From contig DF237150.1 of the NCBI GenBank assembly GCA_000708835.1, positions 1 to 60,338 of the forward strand: 60,338 nucleotides of DNA, given 5' to 3'. Positions 48,601 to 60,338 of this stretch are shown here, piece by piece (the first letter of the stretch is position 1; each line of letters starts with the position of its first letter). The position numbers and the translations under genes are program-made. The stretch is from Klebsormidium nitens (lineage: Eukaryota > Plantae > Klebsormidiophyceae). Below the pieces are notes generated by a model. That model was not told where the DNA came from and ran no database searches. It was given only the letters and a program-made list of their open reading frames with translations.

Positions 48601-51600
48601 CCAAGGGGGCGGGGAAGCTGAAGCTCGTGTTTGGTATGTTCTCCAACTTATGAGATGGATATCTCAAACTTCTGGTTTGACGATTCGATTGTCAGGGCTT
48701 TCCCTAAGACGCAGCGGTTGAGGAGGCAAGGCTAGAAGTGTGAAGGCTTACCTGAGCTGAGGTTTTTCTTGCAAACTAAAAGCGTGCAGAACGGTGGGCC
48801 ACTTAAATGTCCAGAAGCTTCGTGTTCCACTTTCGAGACTAGGGATTCCTGCAATTCCCCTTCTAATGACGATTTCAGAGCGGGGGGCCCGGACTGCCTT
48901 CAAACGCGGTGTAAGCAGCTCGGCAAAAGGACGGAGGCGACTAACTGATACCTCCCTTAGCGGGCAGCCTCGCGGCAGCCAGACGGCTCGTCTGCAGCAA
49001 ACTCGTAGCCGGAGTGCCTGCGCATCTGTTTTAAAACTCTTACATCTATGTATGGTCGCCTCCTCACACCGTTGGTTGTTGCAGAGCCCGAGAACGGGGA
49101 GGCTCCCACCACGATGGAGGTGTACGACTTCAAGTCGGACGGAGGCGTTGCGCTCGCCATGTACAACACGGATGACGTAAGTGGCGCTCCCGAAGCTTAC
49201 AAAAGGCCGTATTTCTGACGTGGACGCAATGAAAAGTCGTGTCTTTTCCAAGGCGTTTCGTTGAGGAAACCGTGAGCGGCAGCCGGTCTCTCGAAGCAGC
49301 AGTCTGGAAAGCAGCTTCGGGCAGGAGCAGAAAGTCGAGCAGATGGCGGCACAGCCATCTTTTGCAGACCTATTAGTTGAAGTGAAATAACGACCGTTGA
49401 TCCGCCTGGAATCCAGTCCAATCACACCAGATCTCCGTTGAGAGAGTCTCCTCCGTTGATGCCCGCCCTAGATTTTGGCCATCTCTCCGATTGCTGCCAC
49501 TGTCCGTGCAGTCCATCCGCGCGTTTGCCAAGTCGTCCTTCACGGTGGCCTACTCCAAGAAGTGGCCCCTGTACATGAGCACCAAGAACACCATCCTCAA
49601 GAAGTACGACGGCAGGTGAGCCGTCACATCAGATGCTTTTCTCGCGCTTGGGATGCTCTTCTCGGGTCCGTTAAATGCAGGGTCAACATGTTGCAGCGCC
49701 AGTCTGCGATGCAATGGTTGCGAATTCTAGAAAATTCGTTTATATATTGGACTCCTGGCCTTTCTGATACGTATCGAACACCCCGTCGAAAACAACTTGT
49801 TGTCCCTCCGTTCAAGGGGTCCAAGCTTTGAGGACGTGATATGAGAAAGCTGCAGTCCTCCACTATGAGGGTGATCTCAAAAAGACCTGAGAATCTGATA
49901 TTAGTCCTACAAAACGCAGCGTAGAATCTTCGGCCACGTGGGTTCTCAAGGCGATTTTGGAGGGATTTGGAGATTGCGCACAAATTTGGTTTTCCGTCGC
50001 TTGTGGCCATGATTTTATTTTTTCTTTCAGCATACTTGCTAGCGTTCAAAGTCGAGCTGGGGTGGTGTTCGCCGGTTTCAAAAGCCCTCATCTGTTATGT
50101 GTGCCAGGTTCAAGGACCTGTTCGAGGAGGAGTACGAGAAGAACTGGAAGGACAAGTTTGAGGCCGCCGGCATCTGGTAAGGCGTGCAACCCGTTCTATG
50201 CACGCGCTTGTCATTTTGAGCACGGCTCCTAAGAATTTGCACCAAGCTCGGTCCTTCGTGCAGTATCCTGCCTTTCGTAAGCCCTGTCCAGGACGATTTA
50301 GAGCTCTGGGGGGATTTGTTTGCTCGCTTCGAAACTGAATTGGATGAGAACACCGGGTCTGTACCTCTTACTTTTGACCAATCTAAAGCTCGACCAACAA
50401 TCGTGAATTGAGGGATCCTCGCTGTGAGAAGATGGGCGGCGATCCCACCTTGCATACTGAGCAGTCGAGGTTTCCTAGAAACGACCGTTTATGACATGCT
50501 GCACTTGTGTCGGAGGGCTTTGATCTTCGTCCGATGGTGTCATCTCTGGTGCACAACCACACTAAAACTTGTCGCCAGTAGTTGGTGGTTTTGGTGCCTG
50601 AGTAAAGGCACGAACTGCACCTCTCGTTCTTGTATCAGTCGCTGACGTCCTTCTTACCACTTGCTGACGTCAGCCCTGGCTGCGCAGGTACGAGCACCGG
50701 CTGATCGACGACATGGTGGCGCAGTGCATCAAGAACGACGGCGGCTACGTGTGGGCGTGCAAGAACTACGACGGGGACGTGCAGTCCGACATGCTCGCGC
50801 AGGGCTTCGGCTCGCTCGGCCTCATGACCTCTGTCCTGGTGAGTGCTTATTACCAACTTTTTGTAATCATTGCTTTACGATATGTCCAATTATCTGCTTT
50901 GTCACCCATGCGCCGGCCGCTTCTCCTTGTAGCCGACATGCTCGTGGAGGGTTTTGGCTCGCTCGGCCTCATGACCTCCGTCCTGGTGTGAGCAATTCCT
51001 TCAGTTATCTCTCGTTTGGGTCCATTTTGGCTTTCCTTATCTTGGTTCTGGTCTTTGGTTACGTGCGCGCCGGCAACTTTCAACGGTGTGCGACGTGCTG
51101 GCACATAGTTTCGGCTTATGAACTCCGTCCTGGTGAGGGCCGTTTTCCGATCGTTTCGATTCCTCTTCACGTTTACTTTCTTATGATTTCTTCCTTGCAA
51201 TTTGACAAGCTCGCGCAGGAGTTCGGCTCGCTCGCCCTCGTGACGTCCGTCTTGGTATGTGCAAACTTTTTGGGGCTCGTCTGTCGTCTTTCGCTTGCTT
51301 GGAAGGTGATTGCAGAGAGCGGTTTTGTAAGTAAGGAGGAACGATTTCAGGCTCCTCATCCTTTTGAACGTCGTTTCTGTAAACCCACAATATTGGCCCT
51401 TCAAATGCTTTCTACAGTCGTCTCAGTCTGATGGCCTCCGTCCTGGTGAACCCGCAAGAGTCCAGCCCCCCTGAAGGCCCCTCATCCCTCCGATCTGGAC
51501 GCAACGAACGTTTGGACGCACACGCCGGACGTCCGGCTGCATTGCTGACCCGTCCGCTCTTTTGCAGGTCTGCCCCGACGGCAAGACGATTGAGGCGGAG

Positions 51601-53263
51601 GCCGCGCACGGGACTGTGACGCGCCACTTCCGCGTGCACCAGAAGGGCGGCGAGACCAGCACCAACAGCATCGCGTCCATCTTCGCATGGACTCGGGGAC
51701 TCTCCCACAGGTAGGGGCTCGTCTCTTCTCTGTATGAGGAGAATATGTGTGCATGTTCACGCGTATGAGTCGGTGAGTAATGAGGCTCGTGCAAGCTGGC
51801 GAGAATGTGCAAAAGCACAACCTACTGGGTTGGATTTCGTACTTCTCTGCTGATTGCAAAGGCAGACAATCCGCATCTCTGCGGGTACCGTCCAGATTTT
51901 ATGGTGCATTTTAAGCCTTTAATTTTTGCACTCGATATCCCAACCAGAGTAAGACGCTGGGTCTCCGTCTGTGCGCTTGCTGTGGCCCCACCTCCGATTT
52001 CGCACTCCTTGGATACGATAAGACGAGTTTGCTCGATCCGTCTCACACACCGTCTTCCTACGAGATGCGATCCAGATTCTGTGGTGCGGATCTGGTGATA
52101 GTTCATCAGTTTGCGGTCCCACGTGATGACCGAGATTTTGACAGCGGCATACTCGGGCGTGATCAACCTTTTTAGAAGACTCTTCTGCTTGTTGGCCGTT
52201 TAATCGAAGGTGCACTCGTAAGCGCAGAGCCACTGCGTCCATTGGCGAGCGTCGGATCCTGTTCACTCGCAAGGCGGATGCAAACGCATGTGTATTTATC
52301 CTTCCCGTTGAGAATCAAAATGTGTCGCACTTTCTTTCCAGGGGCAAGCTGGACAACAACTCGGCTCTGGTGGAATGGGCGGAGAAGCTGGAGACGGCGT
52401 GCATCGGCACTGTCGAGGACGGCAAGATGACGAAGGACCTCGCGCTGCTCATCCACGGGCCCAAGTAAGCCGCGCCAGCTTTCGTTGAGCCGTATCGCTG
52501 TTGGGCAATGGCTTCCAAGCTTTCTTGTTCCCCGTGAGGGAACAAGAAAAACTGTGAACGAGTTTTTGTTGCTGAGACGTCAATCATTGGTTTGCGGAAC
52601 CGAAAAACTGACTCTTCTCTGAAGTGCTCTGGAGATGAAAGCTGCTCTTAGACGTCACGTTCAACTTGGATTGCCCAGTTCCAGATAGACGATCTGGTGA
52701 TTTTACCATGGGCGTGGATGTGAGTCTTTCTTGAGCATAAGGACACCAGAACTGATCAGATTGGGAGAGCCATCGGGCAGCCATTGGGGCAGCCATTGGA
52801 CGGAATTGAAAAAACTAGTCGATCTGGCGGGAAGGAATTGCAACGCAGAGCGGCCCCAAATGAAAGAAGCTTTCGCGGGGTTACGTCCCAACGAATCACC
52901 GGCGTGGCTTGCTCTGGGTCGTTCTAGACGCTAGTACGAGCATCCTTTGATGCGGGGTAGCTGTACCTGCTGAGGAGCGTTCGGAAATGGTCGAGAATGT
53001 TTTAACGATGTCCTTGAAACAGTTGACGGGGCTATGAGGCGCCAGGATTGTGGAGCTGGGTCAATCATTTGGCTATGCGTTGTCCTTTATTCAACAGACT
53101 GCATTCGCATTTTACTGTCTCTACTGCTTCAAAGGAGGGACCCGTCCAAGGGTTTGGGAGTTAAACGTGTGCTTCTCCTTGCAGGATCTCCCGCGAGCAG
53201 TATCTGAACACCGAGGAGTTTATCGATGCTGTGGCAGCCAAGCTGGAGAAGAGTCTCCAATGA
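45659..53263 (+). CDS. ICDH: NADP-dependent isocitrate dehydrogenase (eukaryotic homodimeric type), 13 exons, with a putative N-terminal targeting extension
   Basis: Exons: 45659 (or 45872)-45921, 46617-46659, 47060-47169, 47721-47842, 48140-48187, 48532-48633, 49085-49176, 49512-49615, 50108-50176, 50688-50838, 51568-51710, 52342-52464, 53185-53263; all GT-AG and in phase. Motifs: [113 protein letters not shown]. Confidence 0.97.
50933..51445 (+). repeat. Four decayed intronic copies of the 3' end and donor site of IDH exon 10
   Basis: Copies at 50933-50985 (|GTGTG), ~51110-51132 (|GTGAG), 51204-51254 (|GTATG) and 51427-51445 (|GTGAA), all resembling ...TTCGGCTCGCTCGGCCTCATGACCTCTGTCCTG|GTGAG (real donor after 50838). 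Confidence 0.85.
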
Positions 53264-55669
53264 CTATCTTCGAGATTGTAGACGATGTCGCGTGCGCGCT
53301 CACTCAGATTCGAAGGGCTATACTATGATTCGTGGAAAAGACGTTTGTTCTTCTGTACCGTACGGTAGACTTTGTAGCAGTGCTGTCTTTCGAATCTGAT
53401 ACTGACTGTCAATGGCGGGCTGCAAAGTCGAGGACGTTCGCTGGAGGCACGTGTAAGGAGTTGGCTGCACATAAGTTTTGAAGGCGCAGACTATCCATGT
53501 AGAAGCTTAACGTTGCAGTATGTATTATGTGGATGAGACGATTGCAGTTAAAGCTTACTGTAGAGGGTTGTCTTGTATTGGGCGCATGTATTCGTGTCCG
53601 GCCATGCATCATTGGCCTGGCATGGATGATTGCATTGAACAGTGTTACTCCGATTGCAATAGCGTGCGACTTTGCAACATGGGAGTCTGGTCGAAACCTG
53701 TTCTTCATTGTTGAAGTACGAGCTGTCGAGCTCTTACATCAAGTGCATGCCGATGCTGGCGCAGTAGCATACCACTAAATAATTCGCACCAGGCGCAGCA
53801 TGGATATGGCCGGGATTATTTTCGCCTGATGATCGGATTTGCCCATGCGAACGCGGCAGGCAACTTACCGGCAGAGCTCTATAGCTACTTGTTTCTCGCA
53901 TGGTGCATATATCTAATCCTATCAATGCGCGCCAAACTATCTATCTCTGTGCTCAATTGTAATCAGGCGATCGGACGTCCATTTAGTTGACGATCGGTGT
54001 CCTGCAGAATCCACGTTTAATCGTCCTGCTGAAACTTTCATATATACTATAAAGGTGCCTGGCTGCCGCGGGATGTCCGGTCCTGACCTTTTAATTGCAT
54101 GATTACCTCTGGTACAAACAGGCTCTACGCTCAGATTCCCTAACGTTTATCAAACATGTACTGTACTGCGACTCGATCGCCGGAGATCCTTAATAGATTG
54201 CAATGTTGCCGAGTTACCTGCATCCTGAGTAGCTGAATATGCTACCCCACCTTGACGAATTTTTGCGCACTTAGCATTTGCTTTCATCGTATCTCTATGT
54301 TACTTGACTTTACAAACAAGCTTGTGCGAGTGGAAGTCTGCTTTTTGGCAATCTTTTGAGCAGTACCGTGCTCGCTTGCAGCCAGCGCACACCATGAGCC
54401 TCACTCCGGACTCCCTCTCCACAATGCACCCTTCTCGCGAACACCTCTGCATGAACAAATCCAGATCCGTTCAGCGGCTTCTGCAACTCAACTGATGAAA
54501 GTACTCTGGTTCCGATCACATGCTTCGGGCAGAAACTTTGCAATTTTCAATCAGAGGTTCAATTGTAGTGAATGCGGGGTTGATTTGTTCGAGGAGCTTC
54601 CCACATTCACTCCCATTTGGCGGTTCAAAGGAATTGGCATCCCTCCGGCTGTTGCACAGGAGTCCGGGTTTTCGATATCGTCATGCTATGTGTCAAATCA
54701 TGTGTCAAGGATTCGTCGAAAAACGCCCGTGCAATCGGCTCACAGTGCTGAGCCTCTTCAACATGTGCGGTTACTCTGAATTGCTCGTCTCTACCGCACG
54801 GGCAGAGGAGCCCGCAGAAATGTTGGGATGCTCCACGCACCAAGGATACTCAAATTTCGAAAAGGAGAGATCTGATTCAATATCCGGCTCCTAGTTGCCA
54901 GGTCATAGAATGGGGGATCAAGGAAGCGACCCTTACCACCCTTCGTCTGTCAGCCTTCCGCTGCAGAGCTTCCTTTTCCGATTTGCTGCCCGGCGGAAAG
55001 GTCGTGGTGGCACTGACTTCTTCAGCAGGAACGCTTTTCGCACCTGCGAAACGAATATATTATAAGAACACACGATATAATCAAGGAGCGGCGGGTAACT
55101 CTGAGTACAGCTACTCACTGAAACCTGGATCATTGCTGATTCAGACTGCACACGACTTGATTCAGCTGAGCTCTGCTTGATTATAGCATAATTCCGAGCC
55201 CGGACATTCAACGGTTGAGAAAATGAGTCCGCACTGCCAAGTAACGTTCGGCAAAAGCGTTCGTCACAATGATTGCACTTTTGTTACACGAAACGTCGTG
55301 TTGCAGGTGATAGGATCACGGAAATCTTCAGACTCGGTTGCAAGTTGACTAGGAAGCGTTCGAAAGTTCTAAGCGTTTGCTCGAAACCGCCTCAACCATG
55401 AGCTCGCCACTCTATCGTTCTCGTTGTGGTCCGAGGCACTCGCGTACGTGCTTCGAACCTACATTTAAAAACCCAGAAGCAAAGCTTTTGGGCGAAGGGA
55501 TCTTCCTCTTGTCTCCCTCAATCACCTTGACGTCCCTCACCAGGTTTCGGCCGATTGATCTCCTTTGGTAGCACTGCGCATTTTACCGACATTGCCACGA
55601 CGAACCAAACTGCTCATCGTCAGCGTCCAACATTAGTGACGCAAGCACCCTGTCTTCCGGTTTTCTCGG

Positions 55670-58600
55670 TCACGGCTCACCTTCGTGCATGACTTCGTCT
55701 TCCGCACAATCGCCATCCGTCTTCTTCTCTTCATCGACCGTGCTCTTCCCTTGCGTCTTGCTTGACCGCTGCCGTCTCGTTCCGTTCTTCTGCTCTTCCG
55801 TTCCGGCGCTTTTCGCTGGAGGCTCTTGCTCGACGGAACACAGCTCTTCGTAAAGCTGGCTGCCGATCCGCGTCCCCCACCCCTTGCCAAACAAGTCGCT
55901 GTCGATGGCTCGAAGCTCGATCAGGATCCCGTGAGCGGCCGCCTTCAACGCTGACGATTTGCTGATGGCTGCATGCACTCTGCACGAGGAAGTCTTACGT
56001 TTGACAACAGGACTCGAAGACAAGTGAAGGCGAAGTTTACTGTGTTGGCCGCACTTCATGACAAAAATCCATGGCTGTCAACCAGGAGTCCTCTCGAAGG
56101 TCGATGACATATCTTATGTGCGACCACTTTCAGAGCGGGCGATCTGCTGGCTATCGCATGCACCCTGCACAAGGAAGTCTTAGTGTTGACAATAGGATTC
56201 AAATCGAAGCAAATGCGAATTGTTCTGCTGTTGTCCGTGAACTAGGACCGTGAAGCAGGCACCCCCTCGAAAAACGAAGAGAATCTCGTAAGCGAACGTC
56301 TTCAGAGCGGGAGTGCCCCCCGCAAAAGGGGTGGTGAGGGTCTACAGGACGACAGCACAGGCCGGAACTTGCTTGGGAAGTCAAGTTTGAATGTAAGGCG
56401 GATTCGGAGAAAGCCAACTGTCAGCCAAGGCCACATGTCAAACAAAAAGCAAATATTGTGAGTCGGGCAGCTTAAGCTTCGTCGAAGACTGGGGAGAGAG
56501 GTCTCAGATTGGGTGAATCTGCTCTTGTCGAAGACCAAGCGAATCTTCTTTAAAAGGCATATTCAACAAGCAGGTAAAGATGCGACATCCCAACGATGAC
56601 AGTTATCGCACCAGAACGTTTCAACCCTGTTCTTCTTCCAACGACACCTCGTCATCAGGCACCATTGATCTTTTACCAAAATAACAAGTTCCAGAAATAT
56701 GGCGGTTATCCCAGAGATATGTCGATTATCCTATGTACGCTCCAGGCAGCCTCACATTAGCACGGCAACAACAGGAGAGTGACGTTGAGAGTGCCCTTAC
56801 GCCGGGTTCTCGAACAGCCGGTAGACGCACAGCGCCGCCTCTAGGTGTCCGCTCCGCATCCTGTCTGCCGGCAAATACTGCAGAATTTTCCTCACGGCTT
56901 GCAGCGCGCCTTGCTCTAACAACCACGCATGGTTGGCGGCTTCTGAGCTCAGAGCGCTAATTAGGCGCAGTGCGGCCGTAAGCAAACGGTACCACACCCC
57001 TTCCGTGAATTGCTCAACCACTTTCCATTGGGCCTTTCCGGGGTGGAACAAGTCGGATAGGCGGCCCGTCAAACGGAACGAAGCGCACGCTAGTCTTAAT
57101 CTCTGTGACGCCGACCAAGGAACGTAGTAAGCGCGGACGTGAATAGCTGGGCATGGGGCGTCCCTGGAGGAGTTGCTAGCTGGGTTGCTACTGAGACTTG
57201 AAGCTCTGTGTTTCTTGCGCGCAGTGCTGAGCTCTGATCGCTGGTAGCCGAGATCGGTCGAGTTGAAATGCGGCTTGAAGTTCAGCGCTTCTTCTTCTGC
57301 GTATCGCCGGCAGGAGTGCCCCAGCGAAACGGTCGGCTTCACGAGACCCGCGATGATGGAGAAGAGGCGCTCGCCCTTGAGGAAAGAGCCGATACCTGCA
57401 ACACGGATGACGAAGCTATTACAGATGTCAAAAGCTCAGGGTTTCGAGCTTTTAGGGTTTCCTTCGTAGGACCTTGCAGTCTCGGAAGACACTCAACACC
57501 CTACAAAAAGAACGAGAGAATGATCACCTACTTCTATTCCGCCAGTCGGCGTCAGTAACCTCGCGATAGCGGTGCAACAATTCATGCCCACTGTTATGGA
57601 ACGGTAGATCTCTGGGACTCTGGACTTTTTGTGAGCATACTTACCCAAAGTGTCATCGGAACAACCAATCTCTCCCCTCTAGAAGCGCGGTCGACTGTCC
57701 ATTGCGCTGGGTACAGATGAACCACTGAATCATTTCGAGGATGCTTCTCGCTTTGATTCTGTGAGAAGGCCCTTGGACGAAAAAGTCCCAAGAAGGAGAG
57801 GATGGGTTTCTTCGAGACCCGTCACGCTGATCCAGTTTGCACAGCACGTCCAGAAGGAAGCTAAGAGGCTGCCAAAGTTGACCAAGGGTTCCAAAAACCC
57901 CCGGCTTGAAATGGGAATCTAATTGCGACCCGAGAAAAGTCTTTCGTTACAGTGATGAGTAAGCCTTGACCGTGAAGCCCCCTTTGTGTCTTCTTTAAAG
58001 GATGCTTAATGACGTGCTCCACGCATGAGTCGCCAGCAACAACCCAGCTTTGGGCGTCTTTAAATGACCAACAGCTGTAGACTCAAGTCAAGAACGTTCG
58101 CAGTTCGCACAAGGGCAGCCTAATCACCAGCAAAGCGTACCTGGGTGGCTTAACGCCAGGTTCGCCAGGCCCGTAAGTCCTATTTCCAGACTGTGAACGT
58201 AGTCGATGCTCTGATCTTCCTCTAAAGTGACCCGGCACATGCGCACAAGCTCAGTCGCCAGAAAGAGCTGATCCCCGGGCACTAGAGCGAGGCTTTTCAG
58301 GTAGGTCAGTTGTGCCAACGCCTCGAGCGCGTCTTCCTTGCGAATGCCGCTGACCGAATCGCTGTGCACGCACGCCGCTATGAGTGCGGCACTCAGCGGC
58401 CGCTTCTGAGCGTCTTTGACGGTCTTCGCTGCGCAGATGAAATCCAGGTCTTCGGTGTCTACGGTGTTGTCATCGAAGCTTGGAGCGATCTTGAGGTTGT
58501 CGGCACGGACGTAACTGCAAAAAGATGGAAGGTGGATCGGCAAACATGTACCTTCGAGACAAGTAAGCAGGTTACCATCTCTTGTGGTCAGCTTGACCAA

Positions 58601-59862
58601 GATTACTGGTCTCGTCGCAAACCTTTCCAAAGGGTACAACCACTCTTCTACCCAAAAACGAACTCTTTCTGCTGCTATCCGGTATGCCTGTCTCAATTCT
58701 GTACTCACCTGTCTAGTTGGTGATCAGCAGCTTTGTTCCTCTCCTCGCTCACTCTGCGTGCAATCCATGTGCACGCCTTCTCGCTCTTGGAGCCTCCAGC
58801 AGACAGGGCACGGACAACCCACGACATCTCCAGAGTCAGTCGCAACCAGGTGAAGTAACTCCAGATTTTCATACAGAAGTGTTGTAACCGCCTGCATCAT
58901 CAGGATACAAGGGTCGATCCCAGTCTGCTCTTTTCTGGCAGCAATGTTTTCAGTGCAGTCAACTGGCGAAGGGGTTCTATCCAACATCCAAATTTCTTGA
59001 TTCGCACCATTTACACCTGGGTGAAAGCTTCAGATTGAGTCTATGGATTTCGTTTAGTTCTTGAAGGACGGCCAATCAACAAAAAAGGACAACACGCAGA
59101 GTGCTGCTCAAAGAAGAAAAGTTGCAAGTCGGCAGATGCAATGCCTTAGCGAAGACCAGGGACTCTGAATAGAGGCCAACCAAGCCAAACGGTAGACTTC
59201 AATCTTCCTGTTCTGCAACACGCACTCACATATGCGCCGAGATGCTCTGCTGCATTTTATAAAAGTGACCAAAAACTGTTTCAGCATTGAAAGCAATGGC
59301 TCCTCACCTGTCTGCCCATTCAATCCCCGTGCGCAGACGTCCTTGAGACACCCACTGAACCAGCAACGGCAGGCAACAGTAGAGCACGTTGAGCGCAGCA
59401 AGCTTCCATGACTGCTTCCCCGCCAAGCTGGGATAGACCTCTGAATGTAGCAGCAAAGTACCCAGGGAGGCTGGACACGGAAAGGTCTGCATCAATCCCG
59501 TCCAGGTCAGCAAGAACTGCAAGGAGTCTCGCACATATCGACGATAAAGAGTACTCACTATCGATCCTGCTACGCGCGCGCATGTCTTTTCAAATTTGGC
59601 TGCTGAGAGGAAAAGAAAGAGTGCTAGGTGTAGCGACCATGGTGTGCGAGACAGGTAGGACTGGAAGCAGGGCTCTGACATGCATATGGATACTAATCCA
59701 CAGATAGACATTCTTGTGAATGTGAAAACCTAGACTGTACAGCACCATGTAAGTAATTAACAATGTTGGCAGTGACAATATTCCACGTCCAATTAAGGTT
59801 GCGGCCCGGAAAAGGTCAGTCGATGCCCAGAACGCAAGCCAGCTAAGCAGCTTCCACTCCAT
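55670..59862 (-). CDS. Multi-exon protein of unknown function: hydrophobic (possibly membrane) N-terminus and helical ARM/HEAT-like C-terminus; 5' end uncertain
   Basis: Phase-compatible GT-AG exons: 59602-59308, 58891-58709, 58514-58141, 57395-56801, 55979-55670 (TGA), plus a tentative upstream exon ~59862-59695. Junctions read WADR|RLQH, QLDS|YVRA, SHPG|IGSF and NPA|VHAA. ARM-like segments: LTGLANLALSHPGIG and ALRLISALSSEAANHAWLLEQGALQAVRKIL. Confidence 0.65.
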
Positions 59863-60338
59863 TGCTTGCACCCTCTGCGTCCTTCTCGCCCTCTGTTCTA
59901 TCTGGATTTCGACTTATGTGATAGCTTTTTTGAATGGCCCCCTCTGTGCTTCTCTCTTTGTCGCCTGCACGCTGCTGCAGCCCAATGTGCCGTCACATTG
60001 GGCTGGTGTGAGCCCTACCATTTTGAGCAGATGATCGTTCAACGACGGTCAGCTCAGGTGGCCTGGCAAGGCAGTCGTTTCACTTAACTTTCAGCCGTCC
60101 AAAGATCATCGGACGGAGTACCGCCAGCTGGAGAGTAGAGGCTGTGGTTTGAGGGGTCCCCCGAAGGAATCTTACGTTAGCCGCAAGCCGTTAGATAAGC
60201 CCGTCTGGTTATCGGACGCTCCCTTGAAGCTCTCGCATGGGGTGTGAATATGCCCGCGACATGCAAGCCTGCAAGACCCATCTGGCATCTGGAAAAGCGC
60301 GCTGAAGTCGTTTATAAGGGTAAGGTCATTTTGTAGTG

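Overview
Eukaryotic nuclear DNA with GT-AG introns, CTGAC/CTAAT branch points and GC3-rich exons. Gene content and intron style suggest a streptophyte green alga such as Klebsormidium, but this is inference only. The right part (25-60 kb) is a gene-rich core: an 8-exon NVL2/Rix7/CDC48C AAA-ATPase (-) head-to-head with a 2-exon uncharacterised gene (+); a SKIP14/SKIP28-like F-box gene with a long Cys-rich tail (-) head-to-head with a 13-exon NADP-isocitrate dehydrogenase (+), with an RLE-type non-LTR retrotransposon fragment and a 507-N gap between them; and a multi-exon gene with a hydrophobic N-terminus and helical/ARM-like C-terminus (-). The left 25 kb is an accessory region. It holds a VapC-like PIN nuclease reading frame with all four acidic residues, an array of ~53-bp GTACC...GGTAC hairpin scaffolds separated by 24-50 bp spacers, two divergently oriented degenerate 2A/StopGo-like motifs (one followed by decayed PHD-like fingers), a 181-bp CACTA mini-element with a perfect 3-bp TSD, and 4-5 decayed tandem paralogous units. 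A recurring oddity is that exon edges, with their splice signals, have been copied repeatedly into neighbouring introns of both NVL2 and IDH. All calls are from manual reading; no database searches were run.
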